From assembly GCA_002633005.1 (NCBI GenBank), contig NMRA01000010.1, positions 1,928,516-1,992,515 on the forward strand: 64,000 nucleotides of DNA. Direction: 5' to 3'. The stretch's first letter is position 1, and every line of letters begins with the position of its first letter. The stretch is from Phoronis australis (taxonomy: Eukaryota > Animalia > Phoronida). This document shows, piece after piece, positions 13,812 through 28,365 of the stretch. The position numbers were made by a program, and so were the translations under genes. The notes under the pieces were generated by a model, which was not told where the DNA came from, made no database searches, and saw only the letters and a list, made by a program, of their open reading frames with translations.

Positions 13812-16800
13812 CTACAGAATGTAGAACAGATTGAAAGAATATATTTTACAATTTCAATTTAGCATCACTGCCAAAAATTGACTTTTGTCATTCTTCAAAG
13901 CCAAGCTATGTTGATGCACCAAAATTCTGCCAAATGTTGTATGATGCAAATTCATACACCATACACCATGCTGACAGTACATTAAAACATTCAAATGCTA
14001 GCTTTTGCTTCGCAATTGGACAAAAAATTCCACTTTTGTGCCATAATGTATACTAAATAGAAGAAGCTACACCATACCATTTCCTAGCTCATCAATAAAT
14101 GTATTAAAACTCCCAATAACCTTACTAGCACAATATTATGTATTCTCTAGTCAGTACAAAAGTACATATTTACCGTCAACGTCATCTGCATTGCGGGACT
14201 CCGGTGTACTCTGGAAAACAGAAAACACACACACTGAGACTCATCAACGTGAGCAAATCCAAACATGTCAGTCGCAAGGACATTCCGCACAATCTTGTAC
14301 TAGGTGCTCACTGGACTACAACTCATAACAACATTTCACTGACGTAGGATTTAGAGTGTGAACAAGTGAATATGATTAGAAACGAGCCTTTCACAAACAA
14401 AAATATTTTGAACATCACTAGTTTTACGTCTTGCTCCTATGAATGTTAGAGAAGAAAAATGAAAACTTCAAAATCTCAACAACAACCATTTTCAAGAATT
14501 GGTTGACGGTAAGACCAATGTAATCACTTGAGGTTGATGTACAAATTCAGAAACAAGTCAAATGTACCAAATCCACAATACTACAGTTTTTGCTTTTAAT
14601 CATTCAGCCAAGGACTAGGTCTCATCTTGATACTGTCAAACGATGAAAATTTATTAGACTTAATGAACGGTCACTTCAAAAAAGTCAATTTAATATAGCA
14701 GATGATGAAAATGTGCTAGCAACGTTTTGTGCTAAGTTATTAAGAGACAATTAAAAAATTAATAAATTTTGACTTATTAACAAATGTAACTTGTTTATAA
14801 AATACCATTGCTTATTTTTTTACTTTAAATTGTGAAACTGAGAAAGTTAAAAAAGAGGTAGAATCCTGTGTTGCAACGATTCAACGATTTGTCACCGACA
14901 AAGCTATTAAAAAAAAAACTGAATCGAAATCAATTCCAAGTCAGTAATATCGATTCCGTGATATTCAGTGACAAAAGTTGAACATTCAAGTTAATGAGGT
15001 GAAGTAACTAACTTCAGGTGCATGCAAATTATCGTCTGATTCACAGTTGTTCGATAAATGAATTCAGAAAAAATTTCTAATTCCCAACACCTCACGATCC
15101 GAAAACTAGACAGCATTATCTCCCCCGCCCCCGCAGCAGGGAGCCATGCAAGGACACCCAATAACAACCAACTACAATGCTCAACACAATAGTTCACCAT
15201 CCCAAACATATGTTCAAACGGTGGCAGAACACCAGTGATCTGTGACTCACAACATGGCCACCAGGACACAAAACACAATGAGGGAATTCTTTGACTACTG
15301 TTCACAGCATAACACACAGGGAGCTTTGCAGGTTCAAAGAATGCGTAGGATATGAACACATGTGCTCAAATGCACACATTGGAACATATACACAAGAATG
15401 GAATCCTAATACAACAATAACAAGGAAGTTCAGCAAGATTATAATATTAAAAAAGAACAGGTCGAACTTACTTTAGTCTCAACATTCTATACTTATCAAA
15501 AAAACATGACCTTGCATTGGCAATTACATTTCATTGACAATTTAGCTAAAAGCGGGGCTGTGCACAACCTTAGATATAACTGGCCAGAGCGGGACAACAC
15601 CCATTCAGTTTTCACAAAGCAAAGCCAAAATTAAATTTTGTCCTCAACAGATATGCTGTTCTGTACCGAGTTGACAGGTTTACGGCGCTAGGTGATGGCA
15701 AGTCCAATAATGTAGTCTATGACGTGATTAAAAACTTCATTGAACTAACTCTTTGAAAGATAAGATATAATCGTTAGCTTTTTTAACAGCATACACACCT
15801 CTCCTACCTATATCAGTTGCACGTTATTTACCCTACCATCACTTACAGAATGAAATGAGTAACTCATAGACACAGCACCAGATGGGTGAAAAGTCTGAGA
15901 CAGACTTGAGTCACTCCTCAAAAACTACATTTCATAAACGTCTGCTTTCAGCTAAACGTCTGCTTCTGCCTACCCAACCACTTATACATCAGATGGAGAC
16001 TAAAATAGTCAATGAAAGTTGTCAGTCATCAATGTCTCACCAAAGCCTGAACCACAGGAATTCTGACTTAATCACAGCTATACTTCTTGATGACTTCGCC
16101 TATTTAGAAATCGCAACTGCTAAACAGATTTTCTCGTAAATAATAGGCAGGAAAATTCACCAACTTCCTTTTTTCTGGGAATATTTATCGTCTCATGAGC
16201 ACTGAAAATAAACGCTCAGTATTTCTAACATAAAGTGGTGCCACAGGTGATAAATTGTAATAGATTTTGTATTTTAATGAATAAAATTACTGAACAAAAG
16301 TAAAAGACAATAGGTACATAACAACATACCTAGGGAGGATTAAAAACAATCATAACTTTCAAGAACACGATTCAAGATTTAAGAACACATGAACATCATT
16401 TGTGAACACAAAACAACACAACTGATTGTTATGCAATAGTCACATGACAGGGGGTTCCAGATTTTGAGAATCAGTTGAATGCCTGTTATTCAGTAAAGAA
16501 TCTTGGATCTCAAAATGCAGGACCCCTGCATGCGGCCATTATCAATTACTTGTCTAATTTTGATACACGTATTTGCTAATAAGTAGGAAGTAAATTAACC
16601 AATACCTGTCAAGTTGTGACTGCAATCATTGGTTGCTTCTTGGTGACAGACAAACTAGTTTAGCCAATGACACCGCAATTAAATTTTTTACACCACCGAC
16701 CGGTGGGAAGAGCTAAAAACTTACACAAAAATTTTCAAATGTCTCATTCTTGAGAAACTAACTAACTGATTTCCAGTCACTGCTGTAGTGGGGAGTAGGC

Positions 16801-19800
16801 GCACATAGGCGCGGCCAACCACCTTTTGGCATTTGAATGTAGCACCTACGCACCGTAAGTTACATTCAGTGCTCGAGGTGATAAGGTAGGCTTTGGGCGC
16901 CTACAACCTCTAATTTTGCCACTACTGCACTGTTTCCAGTGCCATGAAGTATCGTTTAACCAAGTGAGGATGTAGCTACATGTTAAAATGTAGCTGCATG
17001 TTACGCTGTGTTCCCAGGTCACTTAACTCTGTGGCTTACAAGAACAAGTTAACACATCGCAGACCACGGAATAAAGCAGCAAGTCTTCATTTGCTTAGTC
17101 TGCACAATATTTCTTTTAAAGTCTACAAAAATGTTTATAAAGAAACCAAAGGATTCCTGCTGTTAATCAACTTTTCATCACAAGACAAATCATGGCACTT
17201 CTACCAGAGGTTGTTTGAAAACAAAATTATTTTTGATGAACTTCAACCAAAGAAAACATATGTCAAAACCGATCAACAACATTAAAGAAGACGAAAATAA
17301 AAGATAAAAATATTTTTATTAAAACAATCTGGACTGCAAAAGAAGAGATGGCAGCCGCTTAACTTGTTCAAAATACTTACTCTAAAGTATGGAAACATTC
17401 TTCGCTGAATCCTGTTCATTGTGTCCAACAGAACAGAAAACAAACGATCTTCGTAAACAATCTTCTAGAGCTGTAAAATCCTGCTCGTTAGCAAACTTGC
17501 CAATTTGTCAACTGACGAGAGATTAAAAAGTGCACCACCTCTAGACAATCGCGCTGAGCGTGTGTCATGCGGAGAAAGCCAACATGGCTAATTATAAGAA
17601 TTACTACTCTATTGAGCAGAACTAAACACATGTTCAGCTGAGCCGCATGGAACCCAGGGAGTCATGTTGCAGAAACAAACCATTTGAAGTTGACACCAAC
17701 ACGCTACGCATGTTCCGGGGCTTAATGAAGCATCTCCTGAAATGCGGTGGGGGTATACCAAAAGCTTTGTTTATAAAAAATGCTAAAATGTCATATGCAG
17801 GAAAGCCCAGGCTGCCATATGGACAGCCGCAAGGATACATTCTAAATTGTTCTAGCAGACCAGGCCAAGTGAAAGTTTCAAAACACCTAAACAATGTTGA
17901 CGATTATGACAGATTGTTTGAGTTATCAACAGGTTACCACAAGGACAACCAATGCTGAGAAACAGTTTTATCACATGACAATGTTTATTTTTAGCCACTA
18001 AACACTGTTGTTGACATTTTGTTGATTGTTTACAAAATTATCACATAGTAAAATTATTAACTGATTCTGTTAGACAAAGTCATTAGCATCGTAAACAAAA
18101 AAATCAATCAATCCTTCCAGATTTATTTCAAGGTTAACACAAAGATCCATTTGACAGAGATGAAATTAAGTATCCCAGGATTGCCATCAGCGTGCTACGG
18201 TCACTCTCACCACCACTACAGCCCTGGTACATCCTCGTCTGCTTTGTTGCCATTGTGTCATTATTACTTCTACTATTACCCTGGTACATGCTCGTCTGCT
18301 TTGTTGTCAATGTTACATTCACACTAGCTACCTTTAACTATATCTAACTCGCACACCATACTAAATGTCTTCATTTCATTTTACCTGGTAATCACAACTA
18401 CCCGTGTTAGCAATAAATATGCCGGCATTATAAACTTTTAGGAAATCCCAGAAACCAACATATTTTTGGCAGCATGACTTCCCACATTCAAAACCAGTAC
18501 CTGACATGTAACCAAGAACGCGTAACAGAAGTTTGGCTAGATTCCACAACCTTGCTCAAATGACAGTAACACCCGGCCACCAGTCGGACACCTTAAACCC
18601 GGGCAAACACCGTGAGGAAAGTCACATCACCCGTCCAACATTGTAAACATCAAACTCGGGTGACACTCTGTGAAGCCATATAAGAAACCACCGTGTAAAC
18701 CTGTGAGGTAGAGTTTCTTTTGTGGGAGGTCATGCTAGATCGAGGATACAGGACAGCGACCTTGTATTTAATTGAAAAAGCAGGCAGCTGAATCCAAACC
18801 CACTGGGTCCTAAGGTATGAACATAGTTTATGGGTGACACCACACAGGAATATGCAAAAAATCGAGAGGTAGGATTTCTATAGTGAAAAGCAACACTTGG
18901 GTGAGGAATACAGAACATTGACCGAGTGTTTAATGGTAAACACAACGGGTGCATGTTGACCAGAATCCCTTTGTTCTGACATAACACTATTGCAGACAAT
19001 TTAATCTACTTCAAGCTCTCTAGCTTGCAAAAAGCAAACCTCCGTGTTGGAAATAACACTAAATGGGCGTCACGGGGAAACAACCAGGCGTTCAATTACA
19101 AATGCAAACCAAACTTGTTAAGAACCATTTAGTTTCTGTATGAGCAACAATGAAGACATTTTATTTGTGATTAGTCATATGCTTCGAGGATATGAAACTT
19201 AATGTTTGTTGGGTGCACATTTTCTTTGGTTCGCTGACAGTGTAACATCACAATAACATTGAAATGGTGTAAATATTATATAAACTAGGTTTTTCCAGAC
19301 AATCAGCATGTAAGGGGTGGACTAAATTAGTTTCATAATCCTGCAACAGTTGATTTCGTTGCCGCAACGTCCTTAGGCCTTTCATACCAACCTAACTTTG
19401 GTAACGGAGGAGCATCGATGTAAACTGTGAAGTTAATTCAAAATTTCAGACTGGCTTGGTAGTTAGCAGACACTTAAGTCATTGCGGTTTGATTCACGAG
19501 TCGTGGAAGTTATCAAAAGAAAGATGACGCCCGAAGGACATTATGCCGGCATATATTTCTAAATTCTAAATATTGTATTTATGATCTGATAATAAACTGA
19601 AATGAAGTGTTAAAAGGTAGAATGGTGAATATTTGAAGAAAAACATCAAATAATATTTAAACAAGTGTCGTTAATGACAGCGACACCTTGTGACAACTTC
19701 AATGACACTGTAATTAACGGTTCACGTTGCATCCAAGTTAACTTGTACTGTTCGCTATGAAACGGTCTTGTGAGATGATGGTCTCATTTACTTGTGGCTA

Positions 19801-21323
19801 TAGACCTTCAGGTAATCAACAATAAAGTGAAATGTCAGGTGTGCATGTTATCTCAGTTCATAACCCGGTGAGTCATTCTCCAAAACTTGCACATGCAGAA
19901 TTAAGCCAAAACTGATAAGTAACCAGACACACGACTGACAACCCATAGTGCATTATGTGTTACTGTATAATCTCGGCTTAAAGTACGTATGTATTTAGTA
20001 AAATTCCGCAAAATGCCAGCAAAACAATGGTATCAATAGCATGATCAAATTTTATTTGATATAAATGTTCAAGCTAAGATCTCAAAAAGTCTGTTGTAGT
20101 TTTCCAAAATTTCATTTCGTTTCATGCAACCTAAAATTTTTTTCATGAAAATCATCACAGTTCATTTTTTACAACTCATACAAAAGTGGGGTTTTAAAAC
20201 AACCCTTGCTGCATTTTGGAGAAGAGTGCACAAAGCACAGTATCTAAAAATTTCATATGAATTCAATCAAACATTTCTGAAATATGGGGTACCTAAGTTA
20301 GCCAAATTTGGCCATTTTTCAAGGGTCCTACTAAAAAATAATTAGGAACTCGAAGAAAGTGTCGATTATTCTGTGCTCGAGTATGTTATGGTTTACGTGG
20401 ACAAATTTCTAGTTCAAGTTTGCACTTGATGACACCTGAATTCGATTTACAAACTAAACTAAAAACTTGAGATTTCGAGTATGCACTTGAGTGTTCAAAT
20501 TCAGATTCAACCTTATAGCTTTAATGACGAGGTAATCAATTGAAAACTAGGATTAGATATTTATCAACATAAACCATAATAAACACGAGTATAGAGTACT
20601 AGACACACTTATCTTGAGTTTGAACAAAAGATGAATGGATATCAAAAAACTGGCTTGAGTTCGATTTTGAGTATAGAGATTAGACCCCATTACCTGGTTC
20701 TGTTACCAGTCTACTGCGCCATAATCAATGGTTAACTTTGCTTCCCGTTCAAGACTTTCAATTACTATCCAAGGCTCTGATGGAAAAAGTTTCTCATCAG
20801 AAGCTCAAAATTCACAAGGTGGCGCTAACAAAACAAGGGCACTTCCTGCATAAATTCACGTAATCATGAAAGCTGTAGTCCCTGAAAGCCCCCACGTTGA
20901 TAAATAACTCTCTGTCCTCAATATATTTCGAGAAGACCTATTCTCCACCACTAACAGTATAATCTCACCAATTTAGGACACAAGATGACGCACTAGAGAA
21001 ATTTGTTTTCCTCTCATTTCACAAAAGATATTCAGCGCCAACGTTAGGCTTTACCATTTTGATGTTCAATATCGCAACTACCACAATACAAAATTTGGTG
21101 CAAAATTAGTGAGATTTTACCAATAGTAAATACCAAGACTCCATAAACACATCCTATAACTCACCTTAAACTGCGCGGAGACGGCCGACTCAGGTGGGTA
21201 AACAATGAAATGTCGTAGTGTGAAGCCGAACCCTTGTTCTGTCCTCGGCACCAGGACTGTCCGAGGACCGGGCCAGTTCAGGGCCACTGCTGCCGATGAC
21301 GGTGCTGCCATAATTTGGTCAGC
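13625..21323 (-). CDS. ARHGAP21: ARHGAP21/ARHGAP23-like Rho GTPase-activating protein, N-terminal PDZ region (3 exons; gene continues left of the window)
   Basis: Spliced exons 21323-21165, 14210-14174 and 13811-13625 give [43 protein letters not shown]...[51 protein letters not shown]. This matches the recalled ARHGAP21/23 split PDZ signature ([20 protein letters not shown] / [37 protein letters not shown]). All junctions are GT-AG and in phase. Likely the single pro-orthologue of vertebrate ARHGAP21 and ARHGAP23. Confidence 0.93.
14174..14210 (-). CDS. ARHGAP21: ARHGAP21/23-like 37-nt exon (insert loop within PDZ)
   Basis: ttctgttttccag|AGT ACA CCG GAG TCC CGC AAT GCA GAT GAC GTT GAC G|gtaaat; supplies the phase 0->1 change needed between the two PDZ exons ([12 protein letters not shown]). 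Confidence 0.82.
16435..16540. mobile_element. ~105-bp hairpin MITE (relative at 30201-30304, half copy ~39505-39540)
   Basis: Arms ...ATTTTGAGAA / TCTCAAAAT... around a shared loop GATGCCTGTTATT(C/T)AGT. Confidence 0.65.
16778..16932 (-). mobile_element. 155-bp hAT-like MITE, copy 2
   Basis: Reverse-complement homologue of 7278-7432; perfect 8-bp TSD TTTCCAGT (16770-16777 and 16933-16940). Confidence 0.88.
21165..21323 (-). CDS. ARHGAP21: ARHGAP21/23-like exon (first half of PDZ; probable start ATG at 21311)
   Basis: tttccag|GCT...TTT AAG|gtgagt, 159 nt, phase 0/0; [53 protein letters not shown]; ATG in good Kozak context (ATTATGG). Confidence 0.93.
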
Positions 21324-21449
21324 CTGGAAACCAAATAAAGAACATGAAGTTATACCAGCTTTGTTACTTATCAAGCCTAAGGCCATTTCAAGGGGAATAG
21401 TTGCCCTAATGCAATTAGTCTCAGGAACATGGCGATCAAATGAAGGCCC

Positions 21450-21853
21450 GAGTCTAATCTTTTTACTGGAAATCAAACTATTTTTGTCATTTTCTGTACT
21501 ACTTTTGTGCAAATTCAAAATAGGTGGCTATAAGTCTTTGTTCGAGTACATTATGGTTTGTACACAAGTTTCTAGTTCAAGTTTGCACTTGATAACCCTA
21601 TATTTGTGCTAGAAACTCGATTAAAAATTCCAGATTTCAAGTGAAAATGCAAAATTTCAAGTTCATATATATATGCAAACCTTTGGCCTTTGTGCCAAGG
21701 TTATTAAGTGCAAACTATGATGAAAAAGCTATCCACGTAAATCATTCTGTACAAGAGCATAGAATAGTAGACACTTATCTTGCGTTTGCACACTATTAGA
21801 ATAGAAAATGCCAAACATAATTTCGAGTTCGATTTCAAGTACCAAAATTGGAT
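21450..21853. mobile_element. TIR repeat; truncated same-orientation copy at ~20345-20688
   Basis: Shared CGAGTA...TTATGGTTT...TTTCTAGTTCAAGTTTGCACTTGAT...AGACACTTATCTTG; ends GTCTAATC..TACT.GAAATC.AACT and its complement. Confidence 0.6.
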
Positions 21854-22091
21854 CCAAGCCAATTTGCATCCTATCAATGTGCTGTGGCACAACCTGCCCA
21901 AATGGACAAGACATAAAAAGAAAGGACCAATCAGCAACTTGCTCGCAAGGTTTAGCTGAAACGGGCGCTTTCCTCCAAATAATATGCCTAGAGCAATTTT
22001 TTGTTCATCACCTCTGCCTAGACACTGAGGGCAAGTTTTGTGGGGATGTTTAGATGAATGTGGACAAGTGGGGAACATGTGCTCGGGCAAA

Positions 22092-22369
22092 CAGTATTCT
22101 CGACATCTTACTTTAACTTGTCACTGTGTTGAGTTAGTAACGAGTTTGGCTAACTTGTGTCGAGCTTGAAATCATATGTAGCGAGTTTGAGGCGTTAGGA
22201 AATTTGTCTTTCCTGAATCAAATTACACTTTTGATTTCTGGTACAGTTCAACGCATTTATTACAAAACTTAACACCCAAACTCCCCACGGTATGGACATG
22301 GACTTATGAAAACGTACAGGAATTTTTTAATTCCACTCATGTTTGGATTTTCTGTTGTGAAGAACACTG
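22092..22369. mobile_element. MITE, same family as 48698-48989
   Basis: CAGTATTCTC...GAAGAACACTG termini; colinear similarity to 48698-48989. Confidence 0.7.
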
Positions 22370-23342
22370 ATATAACTTAACAGTAGCATGTATCTGCATA
22401 GCTATTTCACCACCTAATGGCTCAAATGATGCATAGTGTTTGCTCATGAAAAACAACACGCATCCTTGAAAATTTGTCCAAAAATATCTTCGGACTATCA
22501 CCTTAACTAATGTCACTAGGCACCACTGGCAGTCATGACAGCAACTAGGTTAATTACATCATTTTTAGTATTCACGCCATCATGCTGGTGGAATGCAAAC
22601 ATTTGCAAAGTGAAAACCGCACCAGCAGGTTATGATGTGCTTATCGAAATTTTTTAGGGAGTATTCATAACCAACTAAATGTTCATGCACGTGAACAGTA
22701 CATACAATAGCTGTTGTCACGGAGCAGCTTGCCCCACTTTAGTTGCATTTACACGGCATTAGAGGGCAAACTGGATGAGCAGGAGTCATTTACATAAAGA
22801 CTGTGTGCGCAGCTTGCATGAATAATAATAAATGTCCATGTGGAATGCCAGTGCATCACTCATATATACGCCATTGCGAAACACAAATGTAACAGATAAG
22901 ACCCCTTTTGCCTTGTGTTTAGACGTGTAGTTGACACTGGAGCAACTGATTGAGTGCAACTTGCTCTGCCTCTCAAACAAGTGGCATAAATGGCCGCCAC
23001 GTTGTCAGCTTGCTCCGTGTCAGCCGTGTTTACACACACTTGTGCCTGATCAGCTGTTCCGTGTTAGTTGCTTCGTGACAAGTGACTCCCGCGTAAATGC
23101 GGCTATGGAGGAAAGAACGAAATCATCATTGACCAGCTGTCCAATCACGCGGTCCAGCGCCCTAACCTCAATCTCTGGACTCGACTGAAACTCCAACTTA
23201 TGGTATAATCTCACTCATATTTTATTTTATCATTTTTATAAGACAAACAACAACAAAATGGTGCTTAGCCATTTTCAAGTTGTTTAGCATAGTTTGCATC
23301 AAAATTTGGAAGAGTTATAAGAATTACATCAAAAACATTTTT

Positions 23343-23446
23343 AAGTCTAGTCTCCACGCCACCTGTTGGCCACGTCACGTGACTCAATGAACATAAGTCT
23401 GAAAAGTTTTCTGTCCCCCACCGGGACTCGAACCCAGTACCTTCCA
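23343..23446 (-). mobile_element. SINE copy (B box plus body)
   Basis: Minus strand reads GGGTTCGAGTCCCGGTGGGGGACAGAAAA...GTCACGTGACGTGGCCAACAGGTGGCG...GACTAGACTT. Confidence 0.72.
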
Positions 23447-25437
23447 CGGCGGTTCAAGGTTTACATAGTAGCGTAAGAATTTAAAACATAGTATTATAAC
23501 TGCCATTATTTCCAGATACGATAGTTGTATTCAACAGAAGCATACGACACTGACACGTGGAACTTGGTTACGTCAATTGACCACAGGATGACCAACCAAC
23601 AACCAGCAAATATCACAGAAATAGAGTGGTATAATTTACATACTCCATGATCAAATGTTTACAAACTGAGGCAGACGACATGTGCAAACACTGCATTACG
23701 CCTGCGTTTCCACTTTAAAACACCTGTATTTTTGTTTATTATCAGACTCACACCTGGCAAAGGTATGGTACACCTGTAGCCATGGAGTCGCCTACCAAGG
23801 TTGAGTCACACCAAGTGACATTTCCACAGCTAACCATGCTCTGTCATTCACAACTCAAAACTCACATTAATTTACGCAAGCAGATTCATATTTCTTCCAT
23901 AGAAAGACCACCACATTGACGTAATCCACACGCAGCCCTCGACTCCGAAACTAACCACATCAAGAACTGAGAAACCCTGGATACAAATAAATGAACATCA
24001 AAGAGATTCCCTCTCATGTGTAAGCATTCTCCAGGAGACTCTCAACATTTTCAATTGTCCTCAGAACAGCCCCGCACCAAGTTCCATTCACACATGACCT
24101 GAGAGCCTGCTATGTATTGCACTTGATAGGACAACTCAATGGTAGTGTATGTTGGTTCTGTTTGGAACAAAAAGCGTGCAAACAAAGCCATTGAACGCCT
24201 GCCAGCTTGCCAAGAAAACATACAAACACAAACAACAGCCATCAAAAGCCTGACTCAAGCCTGCCTACTGGTATGCCATCTGAATATTTGAATAACCGCA
24301 TGCCATAGGACCCACTTTATATTAAAGGTCGTAAGTTCGTTATTGGCTACAATAATGGATAATCATAACTGCCAATTTTCATTTTCAAACAGTTCGTCAA
24401 TTATGCTCATGACAACGATTGTTACTACCATGCAAGCGTAGTGTTTGCAATAACGTGCTTACGATCATCTTAGCTGCGACCGCATGAATGACATCCGATA
24501 AAATGTGTCCCTATAATTACGAAAGCTTTGAGCCTCGTACAAAATTCATGACACACCATCGAACAGCGTAACACAACACTGACACAGCAGAACGCCACCT
24601 CGATATACTGAATTATGCGTATAGCTATCGATCCCCCAAAAGTAAAATCCGGATACCAAGTTCTTCTTTGGGTTATAAATGACCCCATGCCACAAAATTT
24701 GAGAGTATATTTCCAAATCTTCAGCTGTGCTCAAATGAGAATTTGCCGCTCAAGTGTATGTTGGAACAGTATGAGAAGATCGAACACATGTGATCTCATG
24801 GACAAAAATTAAAGTGGCACATCTCGACACCAGAGCGAAAACCTACCCCACCTTCCCAAGGCAGCACTTTGTCCCAATGCCACTGCCGGTGTAGACAGTT
24901 CAGTGATAACAAGGTAGAACTGTGCAACTGTGAAGTTAGAGAAACTAAACTAACCACTTCCTGTTGGCACACTGATAGTGTGAACCATTAGCTGAATGGG
25001 GACAATTTGTCCCTGGGGCAAACAGGACACTTAGACACAGCATCACATGAACACCCTTCACACTCATACCAGATACTAGCAAATTAATAGAAACTCTCGT
25101 AACATTAAAATCTAGTCAAACTGTCAAAAGGTTTTCGGACGTCAACAAACCCATAGGGAGCTTAAGAACGTAGCAAGTTAAGTTACCATGTTTAACTTCT
25201 GCCCAAGGCACTGAAGACCCAAGGAGTCCCTAACTAAAGTATAAGAACTATTGAGTAAAAAATACTATCACAGGGTTCCCACTGGTCTTGTGCTTTCATC
25301 TATCATATGCTTTGCACGAGTTTTCCAATTTTCAGGAGTCATTTTTACCACACAAAGTTGACATGCAGTAACTTCTGATAACAACAGTTACCGATGACTA
25401 TGAACAAACGACACAATACGCAAACTGGGGTTTTACT

Positions 25438-26000
25438 AAGGGCAAAATTTCACTAATTTCGGACAAAAATAGCTGCAAAAATTGCCATTTGCTTATTTTC
25501 ATGGGGATCTAACATTGTTGCGAATGCCCAAAAATTTAAAAATGGTGTCTAGTGGTAGCTACCGAGTTTGAACTCATAAAAAGCATTAATATGTCAGCAG
25601 TCCAAGTGTCCACCATACTGTGACTTAAAATGGTAAGATTGTACCAAACCCGATAAGTTTCCACAAGTTTTCCACTGGCATTTTACCCCTTGTCACTTTG
25701 CATGAAAAATCCGTTTGGAAAATGTTTTTGACAATTATTGGCTTTTCCAGGACAAGTTTCTACCATAGTATTCTTTCGTTTGGGACACAACATAACGAAT
25801 AAGTGGAATTTAATTTCGTCAGATTTCCCAACAAAATTAAATATCTGAGAAATTTTACTTTGCTTTTAGCATGCCTTGTACAATACAGCTTTCGGTGAGC
25901 AATAATCGACGAAACTTTTGTTTGCAGCGACATAGCCTTTGAGTAAAAAATTGCCAATATCTGCAATTATTTTTGTCCCAATTGAGGAATTTTCAGTGAC
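25438..26000. mobile_element. TIR-bounded non-autonomous element
   Basis: AAAATTTCACTAATTTCGGACAAAAATAGCTGCA mirrored by TGCAATTATTTTTGTCCCAATTGAGGAATTTT. Confidence 0.55.
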
Positions 26001-28319
26001 TGTACTAGAATGGACCCAGCACGGAAGGCTGACTGTTGCTATAATTGATGAAAAAAATCCCCAAGTGTTGATTTATAATAGGTATTCAGTAAAACTAACT
26101 AGTAATAATTAATTAAAATAGAATATTTTTTCGCTAAGAAATGTGTCAAAATTAACTTTCAAAAGTAGACCTATTGAACGTAGAATATTTGAGGCAATAA
26201 AAATATATACTGCGGCAGAGACATCTGACTCAGCCCGCTGTCATTAACAGATGACTAGACTAGTGGGTTATCAGTATTGTAACATCTGCAGGTAATTGGT
26301 ATGGCCTGTCAACAAAACTTCACAAACAATTACTGGAACAATAGAAGACATTTTGAATACAAGCACATCCTATTAAGATCAGCCCATCTGCGACAAACCA
26401 AAGACAAGTGGTATCCGCACACACAATTACCCTATGAGTGGGAATTTAGAACAAACATGCGAACATGTGAACCTGTGCCAATATTCAAATTTTTAACGTT
26501 CAATTTCCAAAATGCGAAACATTCGAGTTTAACCAAGGAGGAGTAACAACACTGACATGAAGGTCTGAGATATGCACCAAGTAACAAAAGACACTTGCCT
26601 GTTCCCATACAGCCAAAGCGTAGGTGCAATCACCTATGCATAAAACTTCTGACCAAAACTATTCTTTTCAAAAACAGGACCATTACTTACATGGGCATGT
26701 AGGCCAACGTACACACATTTAAAGTAGGTTGTAATAGGTTGTAATGAACTTTTCTTACCAGAGACTTATCACACAGAAAGTGAAAGACGCCAGCTCACTT
26801 ACGTGTCGCAAATTGCCAATGCTCAACAGTATGAAGAAACACAACAGTGTCAAATGCCAAATCCAGTTGACCGAAGCCACTGGTACAAAAGCTGCAAACC
26901 ACAGCATTCTTTAACTGAATAAAAAGAAGGTTCTATGACAAGGAAAAACATGTCTCAACAATGGGTGATATTGACAAAAGACTGACGACAATGCCCGAAA
27001 TAGGGTAACTCGTTAATCAATCGGGAAATGCTAGGTAACTCAGGAATGTGCACCGAAGAAACGTAACCTATCGGTCAAGGTGGCAAGTAATAACGACTAA
27101 ACCATCAACTGACCAAGTGCTAAGTTATAAAAATAAGCCATTTCATCAGGATTACTGCTTTACTGTAAATTAATCAAATCAAGTATTAACAAAAATCCCC
27201 TAGCAACTTCAAAGAATCAAACTAACTGTACCATAAACATTCCAGTTAACGTTAATACCCAAATAAGCTCCCAAACCATTACTTACGAAAAATTTCAGAT
27301 CAAGTGCTCACTGCTCTGCTCAGCACCCAATCTCTACTTCTGACAATTTTCAATTAAGGGCCCACTACTCGAAATAGCACCTAGCTGTAATTCATTTACA
27401 GACTTGATTTTCAAAATAGTAAAGTGTGCTTTTAAATGCTGAAACCACATAAAATTTGAGTCACAGTGAACTTACAGGCACGAGTGACGCTAATCGCAGG
27501 GACATTGTATTGTGTCCGCAACAAGCCTTATTGCAAGTTCTTTGAAATTTGGTGTTCTGTGGACTTCAAATTCGAAGGTCATAGGTGGCCAGGGCGACAG
27601 CTTACTGATTTAAGTTAAGCACCAATTTCTGCATTTAAGCACCCACTCTAAATGTCCAGGTTCGCAGAGGCGCACAAGGCGTAGTTCTCAATGCCTGTGG
27701 TAATTGCTAAAGATTCATTTAACGTTACATAAGATCCTAGTAAGAAAAATGCGGTAACGTTGGAAAACCATATCTCAAAAATGGCTAACCAGATTCAAAA
27801 GAAATTTTCAAATATTATGCTTTGTGCACGGATCTCCAAAATGCTTTTAGGATTTGTATACAAAATGATTCAACGTTTGCAACAGGGGCTATTAAAAATA
27901 GGACTTTTATTATTTTTATGAAAATTCAAAAGTTGCATAAAACAAAAACCTGAAGATGTTTGACCAAGCTAATCATGGGTTAAGCAATAGCTAGATAGTC
28001 TTCCAAGTTAAACATGAAATCTCTTTCCTCTTGTGATTATTTCAAGTTGTGACGAGGAAGTAAAGTTTTGAGTTCGCTCACACACTGCCACGATCTTAAA
28101 ATGTCCCGATCCGATCCGGTAATAATGTTTCTATTTTTATTCCAATTGTCACTTGTCAACCACACACGTTCACGCAAAATGTTGACTTTTTTTTAGTTGT
28201 CGGAATTTAGAACAATGTTAATAGCTTTTGATCGAGAAAATGATTAATTCTTGTTATTGTCGTCCAGAGTTGATGAGACTTTACCATGAACAACGAAAAA
28301 TACATTATAACCAAAATTA

Positions 28320-28365
28320 TTTGATGTACTTATTTTTGTAATAGGATAAAAATAAGTACATCAAA
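28320..28365. repeat. Perfect 18-bp inverted repeat with 10-nt loop
   Basis: TTTGATGTACTTATTTTT ... AAAAATAAGTACATCAAA. Confidence 0.85.

Noticed and set aside
18134-18322. Possible small ARHGAP exon ([17 protein letters not shown])
   Set aside because: No GT donor at the expected end; adjoins a 57-bp local tandem duplication
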